This document shows positions 8,465 to 18,204 of a DNA stretch of 64,000 bases, piece by piece (positions within the stretch are counted from its first letter, which is position 1; every line of letters starts with the position of its first letter). The notes under the pieces are model-generated. The model was not told where the DNA came from and did no database searches. It was given only the letters and a program-made list of their open reading frames with translations. The translations under genes were made by a program, and so were the position numbers. Source of the stretch: a virus. The DNA is taken from IMG/VR virus record IMGVR_UViG_3300038428_000280, positions 21,161 through 85,160 of that record; one strand, written 5' to 3'.

Positions 8465-9601
8465 GTCATTAGCAACCATTTTTTCAATCAAGCCGTTAAA
8501 CGTGGTTTTTGGCTGCCAGCCCAATTCTTCTCTAATCTTATCAGAATTGGCGCACAATACATCCACTTCGGCAGGACGATAGAATTTTGGATTTACTTTA
8601 ACCAACGTAATCAATCCATTGGGCGTTATTCTTTGCATGAACTTTTCATTCACTCCTGTATCATACCATTCGCCCTTTATTCCAACCATTTCAAAAGATT
8701 TTTCTACAAATTCACGAATTGTATGTTTTTCTCCACTACCAACAACGTAATCTTTTATATATGGAGCAACATTCTTTACATCTTTACACGTTTCTATTAC
8801 TGCTGGATTAGATGGAAGCCACAGATAATTGCATTTGTCTTGATTCAACATTTTCCATACCGCATCCATCATGTCTTCAGCATTGGACCAATCTCGTTTA
8901 GCATCAAGGTTGCCCAATTCGATAGGAACAATTGGTGTGCCATTGTTGATATCGTTATAAATTTTAACTATGCCTTTTGTAATTTTTCTTGTGACAAATG
9001 CCTCACCGCGCCTTGATCCTTCATGATTGAACAACCAGCCTTGAACGGCGTAAATTCCATATGACTCCCTATAAACTTTTACTAATTGGCGAGCAGCGAC
9101 TTTGGATGCTCCATAAGGACTTCTTGGCCTTAAAGGATGATTTTCATCTTGTGGTTCATATACAACATTGCCAAACTCTTCCGAAGAGCCAGCATTGTAG
9201 AATCTGCAATCGGGTTTGAGACGTTTGATAGCTTCCAAACAATCCAAAATTGCTGTGGAATTACATTCCCATGTTTGTCGAGCAAAATCCCAAGAAGAAG
9301 CCACAAAACTTTGAGCGGCAAAATTTATAAAATAATTCGGTTTTATACACTCCATAATTTTGTATATGGAATGAGAATCCGTCAAATCAAAATTGACTAA
9401 TTGAAATCTTGACTCATTCTCAAGATGTTTGATGTTGGAATGATTTTCTACACTTAAGCGTCTAGCGCCACCAACAACGGAGGCACTTGTTTCACTAAGG
9501 AGGTAATCAACCATCAGAGAACCGTCTTGTCCTGTAACGCCTGTAACGAATACTACTGTTCCTTCGGGACGTTTGATATCTTGAATATTATTGACTTTCA
9601 T
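8438..9601 (-). CDS. gmd: GDP-mannose 4,6-dehydratase
   Basis: TGVTGQDGS, AAQSFV, SSEEFG, PRSPYGASK, LFNHE, FVTRKIT, GNLDAKRDW, FYRPAEV. Confidence 0.92.
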   Translation of the reverse strand: MKVNNIQDIKRPEGTVVFVTGVTGQDGSLMVDYLLSETSASVVGGARRLSVENHSNIKHLENESRFQLVNFDLTDSHSIYKIMECIKPNYFINFAAQSFVASSWDFARQTWECNSTAILDCLEAIKRLKPDCRFYNAGSSEEFGNVVYEPQDENHPLRPRSPYGASKVAARQLVKVYRESYGIYAVQGWLFNHEGSRRGEAFVTRKITKGIVKIYNDINNGTPIVPIELGNLDAKRDWSNAEDMMDAVWKMLNQDKCNYLWLPSNPAVIETCKDVKNVAPYIKDYVVGSGEKHTIREFVEKSFEMVGIKGEWYDTGVNEKFMQRITPNGLITLVKVNPKFYRPAEVDVLCANSDKIREELGWQPKTTFNGLIEKMVANDLTSYNPVI

Positions 9602-9752
9602 AACCTATACGTATGTATAGGTTCACGTAGAATTTAATTATAATTTGATGTATTTGTATGTGCGGTCATTAATATCATAATACCAATAACCACATACTTT
9701 ACCTAATTCAGAACGAAGAGCTAAATTTTTCCACTCTTTCATCCAATCGGAA

Positions 9753-10193
9753 TTAATCCAACTCATTGTTGCCATTGATTCCGTCTCTGAATTTTGAAAA
9801 TCTTCTATGGAAGTCATCAAAATCTTCCTCCGTTAATCCTAATACATTTACGATTGCATTGATGATATAACAAGAGTGATATTTTCCTATATTTTTCTCT
9901 GCCAATTTTTTAGCGATGATGGAAGCAAAATAAGTTAACTCCATCAATCTTTTTTTCTCTTCGTTCTCTTCAAAACCACCAAGTATCAATCCGGGGATTT
10001 GCTTGGATCCAATATCAGATTGGGTTTCCTTAATGACCGCGTTTCTCAATAACTCTTTAAGTTTTTCAGCATCCACCTTTGCAGTTTTTAACTTTTCACG
10101 AAGTTTTTTAACATCCCTCGCGGCAACTTTTTTAGCTATGGAGAACGTGGTTAAAATGCCCTCTTTTGCCAAGATGTGGTTTACTGTTTGCAT
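9753..10193 (-). CDS. hypothetical protein (late-motif preceded)
   Basis: 146-aa ORF; TATTTATA 6 nt upstream of ATG. Confidence 0.7.
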   Translation of the reverse strand: MQTVNHILAKEGILTTFSIAKKVAARDVKKLREKLKTAKVDAEKLKELLRNAVIKETQSDIGSKQIPGLILGGFEENEEKKRLMELTYFASIIAKKLAEKNIGKYHSCYIINAIVNVLGLTEEDFDDFHRRFSKFRDGINGNNELD

Positions 10194-10214
10194 TCTGCCT
10201 ATAAATAGAATGAA

Positions 10215-10940
10215 TTAAAATCGAGCTTCGATTTTTCGGGAAGAACCCTGAATTCTGTCGGGGTCTGAAAAATTAAATTCTACCTTACCCCTTCGTATGT
10301 ATCCACGTCCCGTAAGAAACATGCAATTATAGCACAAAATTTCTATGTTTTCCAACAGATGATTTTTTTCATTACCATCTTTGAAACTTATCAGCAGAGG
10401 CATTTTTTTGTCTGTCAATCTGTGCTCATTGAATCCACAGTTTTCACATTCCGCTTTTTTTGTTCCGCTTCGAATGAGAAGGTCTTTAAGCCGGTAAATG
10501 GGATAATTTGGAAATTTGCCTTCAAGTATTTGATTGAGGGGATATTTGCCTTTATCGGGAGCCCAATATCTTTTTCTGTCCCCCTTGCCCCAAGGATTTG
10601 TTTTGAATAGGCTGTATGTTTTTGCCCATTTTTTATAGCAATTATATCCGACATTGAGGTATTTAGCGCAGGCCGTAGCATTGTTACAATGTTCTTGAGC
10701 TTCCTTTATTTCCGATTCCAGCAAAGGTCTAGCGCCTCGTCCTTTGCGAAGTCTTCGGGGGTCAATCTTGATGATGCCTATGGATTTTAAATCTTCTTCG
10801 GGAAGCTGCAACTCTTCCAATACCGTTTTATTTTCAAGGTTTGCAATCTTTTTTTTAACTTCCTGTAACTCTCGGACCACGACTTCCAACACTTTATTTT
10901 CCGTTGGTGTCGGTGATGGATTGATTTGTTGTGTTTCCAT
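10215..10940 (-). CDS. HTH plus degenerate HNH-domain protein
   Basis: ATACAKYLNVGYNCYKKW HTH-like; CENC...SFKDGNEKNHLLENIEILCYNC. Confidence 0.65.
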   Translation of the reverse strand: METQQINPSPTPTENKVLEVVVRELQEVKKKIANLENKTVLEELQLPEEDLKSIGIIKIDPRRLRKGRGARPLLESEIKEAQEHCNNATACAKYLNVGYNCYKKWAKTYSLFKTNPWGKGDRKRYWAPDKGKYPLNQILEGKFPNYPIYRLKDLLIRSGTKKAECENCGFNEHRLTDKKMPLLISFKDGNEKNHLLENIEILCYNCMFLTGRGYIRRGKVEFNFSDPDRIQGSSRKIEARF

Positions 10941-11283
10941 TTTCTCCTCTCAAACTTTCTTTTTGAAGGTCAATACCATGCATTCTCATGAAATTTAGAC
11001 GAAGTATTTCAGCTTTTTCATGCAATCCAGCATTGATTAAAACACGATAAGTATTGTAACAAAAGTGTTTTTCCGGCTTTTTAAAATCCTTTTTCTCCCA
11101 ACATTCAAGAATGACTGTGACTTTAAATCCCGGTGTATCTTTTCTTTTTTCGATAGCGCGAGTGGCGGCTTCGACGTAAATATCATCAAAGCTGTCTGAA
11201 TCGATGTCAAATTCATCCATCCAAAAATTTGAACATTTTACCACAACCGTTTTAAGTGTTGAAGTTTTTGTATCTTTTTTCAT
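10894..11283 (-). CDS. hypothetical protein
   Basis: ATG 11283 overlaps the upstream stop. Confidence 0.65.
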   Translation of the reverse strand: MKKDTKTSTLKTVVVKCSNFWMDEFDIDSDSFDDIYVEAATRAIEKRKDTPGFKVTVILECWEKKDFKKPEKHFCYNTYRVLINAGLHEKAEILRLNFMRMHGIDLQKESLRGENGNTTNQSITDTNGK

Positions 11284-11498
11284 AGTTTGTTTCCCCAACC
11301 GTCTATTCCTGCGCAATCATTACAAATCCCCTCAAAGGTTCGTTTTGGTTTGGAGCACCTACACGTTTCAGTTGTTCCGCATTTCAGGCACACCAAACGA
11401 AGGTCGTGTTTCATTCCATCCGGGTCATGTTCCCTTCGAATTTCAAAAAACGTCTTGGGTTGTTCGTCTTCTTTTAATAGGGATTTTAGTTTGATCAT
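11280..11498 (-). CDS. small Cys-rich protein with MIKLKSLLKE N-terminus
   Basis: N-terminal motif resembling large-phage virion proteins; CLKC, CRC, CNDC. Confidence 0.6.
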   Translation of the reverse strand: MIKLKSLLKEDEQPKTFFEIRREHDPDGMKHDLRLVCLKCGTTETCRCSKPKRTFEGICNDCAGIDGWGNKL

Positions 11499-11503
11499 AA
11501 ATT

Positions 11504-11731
11504 TTAGGCCAAAAAACTCGTTGGATATTCCACTTCCATTCGCTGCTTCATTTTTTTCATGATGTTATGGATTCGAGGCAATCTTTTAACCCTTACATCA
11601 TTGACATAAAAGGGTTCCATTATCCTTCCAAGATTTACAATTCTATCATATTCTCTCAAAACACTATAGATTTCTTCGTACTCTTGGGCTGTCAGGCTAC
11701 CTTCATCTTTTTTATTCGTCTTTTTTTTCAT
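11504..11731 (-). CDS. hypothetical protein
   Basis: 75-aa ORF in operon context. Confidence 0.55.
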   Translation of the reverse strand: MKKKTNKKDEGSLTAQEYEEIYSVLREYDRIVNLGRIMEPFYVNDVRVKRLPRIHNIMKKMKQRMEVEYPTSFLA

Positions 11732-13355
11732 AAGTCAAATCTCCATCATTTAAAAGGTCAAGATTTTTAAGTTTTTCCTTGACGTTATCACAAACTTGTT
11801 CTTCGATTGTTCCCGCTACAAACATTATTTTCTGAACGCTTTTACTCTTTGCATTTTCCCGCCATACTCTACCTGTGGCCTGTCTCATTAACACGGCTGA
11901 ATAACTTGGTGAAATCAATGTTAAACGCGGATTAAGACCATCTATATCATGAAGGGAAAGACCAGCACCGCCACTAGCTATGTTCACTAAAATCACCTTC
12001 TCCTTACCAGCCTGAAAGTCATCCACATTCTTCTGACGTTCTTCATCCTTGGTTTTACCGTCAAAAATACACGAGATATTCAACCTTTTAGCTATGGCTT
12101 GAAGAGTTTCAGTAAAGTTAACAAAAACTACCACAGACATGCCATTTTCCAATCCCTCTTCAATCATGTCTATAAATAGGGGGACCTTAATCAATTCAAT
12201 ATGTTGTCGTGCCCGCAAAATGGCGGTCAATTCACTAGCCTTGTCGGTTTTGGTCAATTGAGCTAGTTTCTTCAATTCCTTTTGCATTTCTGCATGACAT
12301 TCATTTATTTTTTTGACATCCGCATCATCCATGTTATAACATTCAGCAATGATTTCAGATTCAGGAAAATTGGGAATGGTATCTCGGGTGAGTCTGACAC
12401 CACGATTAATGAAAATATCCTTGTGTAATTTTTTCAAAACTTTTTGTCTAAGCTTCATGTCGTCGGTAAATTCCAAACCAAAACGCCCTTTGTGGACTCC
12501 ATGTTCATAACACCACTGATAATAAGCATTTGCACCTTTGAATAGTTTTAAACAAGTGCCGACGGTTCTAAGTTCGAGGGGATTGGTTGCATTAGTGGCC
12601 GAACAAAATAGCATTTTGTAATTTTGCTTGAGAGCTTCGATACAAGTCTTTGAATTCTTGGTCTTCCAATTCTTTAATTTTTGTGACTCATCCCAAACAA
12701 TCAACGTATCTTTCGGGATTTTCCATATAAATTTTCGTTTGTGTGTTTTTCTGTTTTCAACATAAGAGGCAAAGGGGGAATCGGTTTTACCTATTCGAAT
12801 TTGTTCATAGTTTATAATACCCACCAATGAACTCTTCATTTTAAAATGGTCTGTCACCACACGCTTCCACGGTTCCATCACAGCCTTGGGACAAACTACA
12901 AGCATCTTCATTTTAAGTTCTCGGGCAACTGAACAAGCTACGTAAGTTTTACCGACACCCACATCCGAACCATCAATGGCACAACCTGTCTTATTGATAG
13001 CTGTCACCAATTTGCTTACAGACTCAACTTGCCAAGGTCTAAGACCGTCTTCATTTTCAACCTTGTAGGGGGGTATCCAAAACTCTTCAGCCTCTATTGG
13101 AGGGGAGGGCGGGTCTTTAGCACCGATATTACTAAAATTTTCCGCACAAACTTTGGTTTCATAAAGGTACCAATCGTTATCAACCTTGGCTACGGAGAAA
13201 CCTTCGCCCCACATTTTATATTTGGCATGATTCCAAAAAGTAAAAAAGGGCGGACGATATTCAACAGGAATTTTCCATGCACGGCGCCATACAAATTCGC
13301 CGTCTTTGTTTTCCCACTGATAGGGGTCACTCCATTCAATATCCAAGTTTATCAT
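11712..13355 (-). CDS. SF2 / SNF2-like helicase
   Basis: LRPWQ Q-motif, VGVGKT, DESQ, SAT, GGAGLSL, QATGRVWR. Confidence 0.85.
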   Translation of the reverse strand: MINLDIEWSDPYQWENKDGEFVWRRAWKIPVEYRPPFFTFWNHAKYKMWGEGFSVAKVDNDWYLYETKVCAENFSNIGAKDPPSPPIEAEEFWIPPYKVENEDGLRPWQVESVSKLVTAINKTGCAIDGSDVGVGKTYVACSVARELKMKMLVVCPKAVMEPWKRVVTDHFKMKSSLVGIINYEQIRIGKTDSPFASYVENRKTHKRKFIWKIPKDTLIVWDESQKLKNWKTKNSKTCIEALKQNYKMLFCSATNATNPLELRTVGTCLKLFKGANAYYQWCYEHGVHKGRFGLEFTDDMKLRQKVLKKLHKDIFINRGVRLTRDTIPNFPESEIIAECYNMDDADVKKINECHAEMQKELKKLAQLTKTDKASELTAILRARQHIELIKVPLFIDMIEEGLENGMSVVVFVNFTETLQAIAKRLNISCIFDGKTKDEERQKNVDDFQAGKEKVILVNIASGGAGLSLHDIDGLNPRLTLISPSYSAVLMRQATGRVWRENAKSKSVQKIMFVAGTIEEQVCDNVKEKLKNLDLLNDGDLTYEKKDE

Positions 13356-13383
13356 TCTATAACAAATGACCTACACTTGTTGT

Positions 13384-13677
13384 TTAATCGCCGTATTCTT
13401 CTTTTTGGAAGGCGGTGGCGGTGTGAATATCAGTTTTTACGTAGTTATTGTTTTTAATAACTCCAATGTTAAATTCTTCCGATAGAGCACGGGTTAGCAT
13501 GACTCCGGCTGGGTCGTCATATCCATATCCTAAATCTATAAGATTTTGAACATATTGACTCCTTGACATTTTAAATGCCCTTGGAATCAAATAATTGAAA
13601 TAATTGACAAGCTCCGGCACCGTATTAAAGGTGACATACCGACTTATCGTTGAATCTTGTATATAAAATTTACTCAT
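13384..13677 (-). CDS. hypothetical protein
   Basis: 97-aa ORF; TACATATA within a small palindrome 7 nt upstream. Confidence 0.65.
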   Translation of the reverse strand: MSKFYIQDSTISRYVTFNTVPELVNYFNYLIPRAFKMSRSQYVQNLIDLGYGYDDPAGVMLTRALSEEFNIGVIKNNNYVKTDIHTATAFQKEEYGD

Positions 13678-13752
13678 ATCACACTATATGTAGTGTCAAT
13701 ATTAGCATTATGTCTTAAGATTGTGTAAATTACAAGTTTTTATATTAAAAAC

Positions 13753-14712
13753 TTAATGGCTGCCACTTATACTTGATGTGGGGGTGGTATTAGTAGTGAT
13801 AACTACTGTTGGAGGAGCTATACTTCCTGCTGTTGGTACTGCGGCAGTAGCTACAGTTGTTGCAACAGGTGCAACAGCTGCGGCTATAATTGAATTTTTC
13901 AAAGTAGTATATTCGGTTTCCAATGCTTTATATGCATCGTTGCTTACCAATTCAAGTTCATCTATACTTTTTGGAACAATATATTCAATAAGCTGTATAG
14001 CAATAGAACCAACTCTGCTGAATATACTAAATATGGATGCTGCAACAGGATTGGTAAACGAAAGTATTCTTAATACTGTGTAAGCAATACCTAAAAATAA
14101 GCCTACCCAAAAAATATGTTTACCAAAATTTACCAATCCTTTTACTACTGCACCCAATCCCCAATATGATGTATAAGAAGATAATTGACTTGATAATGTA
14201 TCAGTTTTTAATGCAGTAGCATTAGCAAGTGTCATGTAATCAGAAATTGCTTTATCTTTATTAGCTTCTAAATCCTTTTTCTGAGCTTGAAGGTCAGATA
14301 TTTCTTTATCTTTATCTTCTAATTCTTTACTACCTTTTCCATTTATTAAATCATCAGCTAAAGATTGAATTGATTTTTGGTCATTGAGATTTGGTAAACC
14401 AGCAATATTCTGAACTCTTTCATTCAATGTTTGAGCAGTTTTAACTGCTGGGTCATCGGTTACAGATTGATTCAAAGAATAGCCGACACCAAAAGATAAT
14501 CCTGATATTTCATATAATTGGTCGCTGGTATTTTGTGCAATGTCATTTTGGGCTAATGTAATCTTTTGTGCGGATTTTTGTTCTGCGGTTGCAGATTTAC
14601 CAAAAATACCCTTAACCGTTGAACATCCTACCACCAATGATGCGATGACCAATGAAATAGCTACTTGTTTTAATATTGAGGATTTAATGCTTTTCATAAC
14701 TTTACCTTCCAT
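13753..14712 (-). CDS. lipoprotein with coiled coil and C-terminal TM segment (spanin-like candidate)
   Basis: Signal peptide with VVGC lipobox, coiled coil, hydrophobic IFWVGLFLGIAYTVLRIL, Ala/Thr/Pro tail. Confidence 0.65.
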   Translation of the reverse strand: MEGKVMKSIKSSILKQVAISLVIASLVVGCSTVKGIFGKSATAEQKSAQKITLAQNDIAQNTSDQLYEISGLSFGVGYSLNQSVTDDPAVKTAQTLNERVQNIAGLPNLNDQKSIQSLADDLINGKGSKELEDKDKEISDLQAQKKDLEANKDKAISDYMTLANATALKTDTLSSQLSSYTSYWGLGAVVKGLVNFGKHIFWVGLFLGIAYTVLRILSFTNPVAASIFSIFSRVGSIAIQLIEYIVPKSIDELELVSNDAYKALETEYTTLKNSIIAAAVAPVATTVATAAVPTAGSIAPPTVVITTNTTPTSSISGSH

Positions 14713-14730
14713 AACAATCTATAAATAGGT

Positions 14731-15180
14731 TTAACCATTGAGAATCATCTTTTTCTTTGTTACATTTGTGTAAGGATAGTTTGAACTATTTATACCTATT
14801 TTTTCATAACCATAAGGTATTCTTTCTTCCAACGGACCGTCAACTATTCCCAACTTTTGTTTAAGAAATGCTAAAGCGGCTATGGGCGACATTCTTCCAC
14901 AATTAAATCCGACAATGCCGTGTTTTTCACAAAAATCTTCCAATACCTTTACATCCTTTTCAGGCCATGTCTTTTTTGGGGTGGTATCTTCAATTTCACC
15001 ATCATTCAATTGTTTTTTCTGAACCATTATTTTATATGGGTCAAAACCGTTATTTTGCTTAAGAGTGTCAATTTTTTTAGATATCACTTGATTAAAATCA
15101 GGAATGATACTCGTTTTTAAATCAGGATATTCTTCAAATCCTAGAGTCAATTGAGTTCCACTTTGATTGAAGTCGTTCAT
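14731..15180 (-). CDS. hypothetical protein
   Basis: 149-aa ORF. Confidence 0.65.
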   Translation of the reverse strand: MNDFNQSGTQLTLGFEEYPDLKTSIIPDFNQVISKKIDTLKQNNGFDPYKIMVQKKQLNDGEIEDTTPKKTWPEKDVKVLEDFCEKHGIVGFNCGRMSPIAALAFLKQKLGIVDGPLEERIPYGYEKIGINSSNYPYTNVTKKKMILNG

Positions 15181-15185
15181 ATAAA

Positions 15186-16355
15186 TTATCCACTATAATC
15201 CATCTTTTTTGGTGGATATTCCTTGCCAATCAAATAAGTTCTCTCGACCATTTTCTTACTACTTTTTCGGTCTTTAGCTTTCTTTTGATCTTCCCAATCA
15301 CGAAACATTATATTACCAAGTAAGTAAGCTTGTTTTTCCATTTGACGCAGCCACGGGTTGTGCTGAGCATATTGTGGGTCTTCACCCCTTTTATCTATGT
15401 TCCTGCCACTTTTACTTGTTTGAAGTTTTTCGTTTTCGTGTTGCCAATGATGGACTATTTCATGAGCAAAAGAACGAAGAATGTCTTTTTGATGGCGGTC
15501 AGTTATGTACAAGTTAACGGTTCTTGTATCAGGGTCATAATAGGCCGTCTTGCCCAAAATCTTGTTGGCGTTCTTTTCATCTGACAATAACTTTACCTTT
15601 GGCACAGTCTTTATTTTCAATTCATTTTGCAAATAAGAAAATAATTGTGCCAAATGCGATTTAAACGTATCCATGTCTTCAGGCATCATACCTTCTATAA
15701 ATAGTTGTCGATTACCCTTATTTTCACGTAAAGCTGTAGGATTATGCCTTATTCTATTTGATGGTATTTTACTTTTGTCTTTTACGATTTTATTGGCTGA
15801 TTGGTCAATTAAAGTGACACCTGACTTATTTGCACTATCTATCAAAATGTCCCATTGTTTATCCGTTGGTGGTAACGTATAACCTATTAGCATCAACCCT
15901 TCTTGAACCAAAATTCGGACGAATCCCATGTCTTTTAAAGCTTTGGCCGAGCCTTCATGGCTCAGAGGTATGTCGTGGGTTTTTAAATAATTTTTAGCCC
16001 ACAATTCATGACTATTACTACCTATGTAAGCATCCTCAAACTTGCATTCCGGTGTCAACCAATAACCACCACTTGCAAGAATCCTAGATTCACCTGTCTC
16101 TTCCCAAAGACCTTTAAACAAATCTTTGGCACGGGTAGGATAATCCACGGGTTGGACAAAATCCGCATTGTCGTTCTCTTCACAGGTTGGAGTGGTTACA
16201 AAAGTAGGTTTTACTTCGTAAGGAACAGAATCATCAAAATAATCACTAAAACTAAGACCTTCTCGTATTCCCATGTGGGAACGATAAGCACTCAGCTTTT
16301 TTTGTGATTTTTTAATGCGCACATTGAAAAAATTACGGCTTTCTTTTATGGACAC
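15186..16355 (-). CDS. two-domain protein with C-terminal HEXXH metallopeptidase-like domain
   Basis: DILRSFAHEIVHHWQ and downstream E (MEKQAY). Confidence 0.7.
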   Translation of the reverse strand: MSIKESRNFFNVRIKKSQKKLSAYRSHMGIREGLSFSDYFDDSVPYEVKPTFVTTPTCEENDNADFVQPVDYPTRAKDLFKGLWEETGESRILASGGYWLTPECKFEDAYIGSNSHELWAKNYLKTHDIPLSHEGSAKALKDMGFVRILVQEGLMLIGYTLPPTDKQWDILIDSANKSGVTLIDQSANKIVKDKSKIPSNRIRHNPTALRENKGNRQLFIEGMMPEDMDTFKSHLAQLFSYLQNELKIKTVPKVKLLSDEKNANKILGKTAYYDPDTRTVNLYITDRHQKDILRSFAHEIVHHWQHENEKLQTSKSGRNIDKRGEDPQYAQHNPWLRQMEKQAYLLGNIMFRDWEDQKKAKDRKSSKKMVERTYLIGKEYPPKKMDYSG

Positions 16356-18159
16356 CGCTAGTAGTTTTCTTTGGTTTCTGAAATTTTAGTTTTGGATTTT
16401 TCAAAGTGGTCTTTGGTTTCATTCCCTTTTGAATGGTTTTGGCCACCTTGCTCGGCTTTTTGGAAGCTTCATCCAAATCATCCGCCCATCTTTGTTTTCC
16501 TGATTGCGGAAGGTTTCCATGAGTAATGGTTCTGTAGGAACTATGCTGAACCGCCTGTCCACCAGCTTCGTCCATTGCAGCTTCATCTTCTTGTTCTTCA
16601 CCTTCACTTACTTCGGGGTCGTATTGGTTTGTTCTAGCAAACATGTCAGGTTCAGAAGTCTTAGCTAATGTTGGCTGAACAACCTTATATGACGGTCCCA
16701 TTTTCATGTCAACCGTAGCCTCGTCCATCTCTTCTGCGCCGGGATATTTTTGTGGGTCTAAAGCTTCATCCTCTTCCTTGTGGGATTTATAGCCTTTATT
16801 CTTCATCCACCATGCTAATGCATAGGGATTGGTAATCTTTTTCTTTTCAGCTTCTTCCACGCCTACAGTTTCTTCCTCTTCCTCCTTTTTGGGATTCCAT
16901 CTTTTGGCACCACCAACAGAATGTTTCTTCATAGCCTTTACCGTTCCTTCCCATCCCGGAGGCGCTACTTCTTCTATTGATTCGTCGTTTTTACTAAATT
17001 TACCGGCTTTAGCCATTCTAGCAAATGCTTTACGATGTGGAGTGCAGGTAGGCTTAGACATTGGTGTGCAATATCCTTTATGAGCAGGATTTACAGCCTT
17101 TTTTAGAAATTTTTTCTTTTCAGAAATCCTATCAATCTTTTCACGAAGACTCTTTAATTCAGACAATTCGGTTTCAGTCAGATTGCGTTGTGCATTGGCT
17201 AACGCAACATAACGTTCATTCATCATGCATTCTTCTTCGTCATCATACATTTCACTGATTTCAGGTTCATATTGATTGGTTCTAGCAAACATGTCAGGTT
17301 CGGAAGTTTTAGCCAAAATAGGTTGAACCACTTTATACGAAGGACCCATTTTCATGTCAACTGTTGCTTCATCCATTTCTTCCTTTTTATCCTTCTTCCC
17401 AAATGACCCTTTATTTTTACAAAATGCGCATTTGCATCCAGCCTTATGTCCACCTTCATTTAATTTAACCCATTTGCCACTCTCTTTGTCAAATCGGATT
17501 TCCTTCAAGACTTCTTTGACAATTTTACGGACTTGGGCCTTATTTTCATCCAATTTTGGAGTATTAGCAATGGTGCCCTTGGTGTTCAAACCACCCTGTT
17601 TTTGACCTTCACCCGGTGCAACGGCACCACCAACCGATTTGGAAGCCACCGAACCATCAGTTTTCTTACCACCTGCGGTTATAGTTTCCTTATCACCATC
17701 TTGACTGACAAGAAGACCACCTTTATCCTTGGCCACGCCAGCTTTTTCCGTACTACTGCCGGCTGCGGTCATACCTGATAACTCACCGGTGGCTGGGCCA
17801 CCGAATCCCCGGCCAATTTGTATAACTTTACCGAGGCGAATTGGTTGGCCATGATGAGGAACATTTAAAGCGCCGCCCAAAAGAGGCAAACCACCATTGT
17901 CATCATATTCACCACTGCCTTCTTCCTCTTCTTCATCTTCGCCGCAGTAACCACAATGTTCTTGAATCTTGGAATAGTAATGTGCATCGCTTTGCAAATT
18001 TTTACTTGCGATCTTGGCGGCAACAAATTCATCTTCGGTCTGTTTAATTTCAGCAAGGATGCCTTTTTGAAATTCTTTTGCGTCAACACCTTCCGGAATA
18101 AGATTTTGAATATCTTTCGCAGTTGCCTTTTTATTTTTGAAGAAATCTCGATAGTTCAT
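16333..18159 (-). CDS. large acidic/low-complexity putative head (internal virion) protein with internal repeat
   Basis: DUF5661-like N-terminus (..AAKIASKNLQSDAHYYSKI), duplicated ~43-aa block, late motif upstream. Confidence 0.65.
   Translation of the reverse strand: MNYRDFFKNKKATAKDIQNLIPEGVDAKEFQKGILAEIKQTEDEFVAAKIASKNLQSDAHYYSKIQEHCGYCGEDEEEEEGSGEYDDNGGLPLLGGALNVPHHGQPIRLGKVIQIGRGFGGPATGELSGMTAAGSSTEKAGVAKDKGGLLVSQDGDKETITAGGKKTDGSVASKSVGGAVAPGEGQKQGGLNTKGTIANTPKLDENKAQVRKIVKEVLKEIRFDKESGKWVKLNEGGHKAGCKCAFCKNKGSFGKKDKKEEMDEATVDMKMGPSYKVVQPILAKTSEPDMFARTNQYEPEISEMYDDEEECMMNERYVALANAQRNLTETELSELKSLREKIDRISEKKKFLKKAVNPAHKGYCTPMSKPTCTPHRKAFARMAKAGKFSKNDESIEEVAPPGWEGTVKAMKKHSVGGAKRWNPKKEEEEETVGVEEAEKKKITNPYALAWWMKNKGYKSHKEEDEALDPQKYPGAEEMDEATVDMKMGPSYKVVQPTLAKTSEPDMFARTNQYDPEVSEGEEQEDEAAMDEAGGQAVQHSSYRTITHGNLPQSGKQRWADDLDEASKKPSKVAKTIQKGMKPKTTLKNPKLKFQKPKKTTSGVHKRKP
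16606..17382 (-). repeat. two copies of a ~130-bp coding repeat (about 16606-16734 and 17254-17382)
   Basis: EEMDEATVDMKMGPSYKVVQP(I/T)LAKTSEPDMFARTNQY(E/D)PE(I/V)SE occurs twice. Confidence 0.9.
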
Positions 18160-18204
18160 AGATGTATATAAATATTCGCTTATTTTGTTAAAACCGACAA
18201 AATA

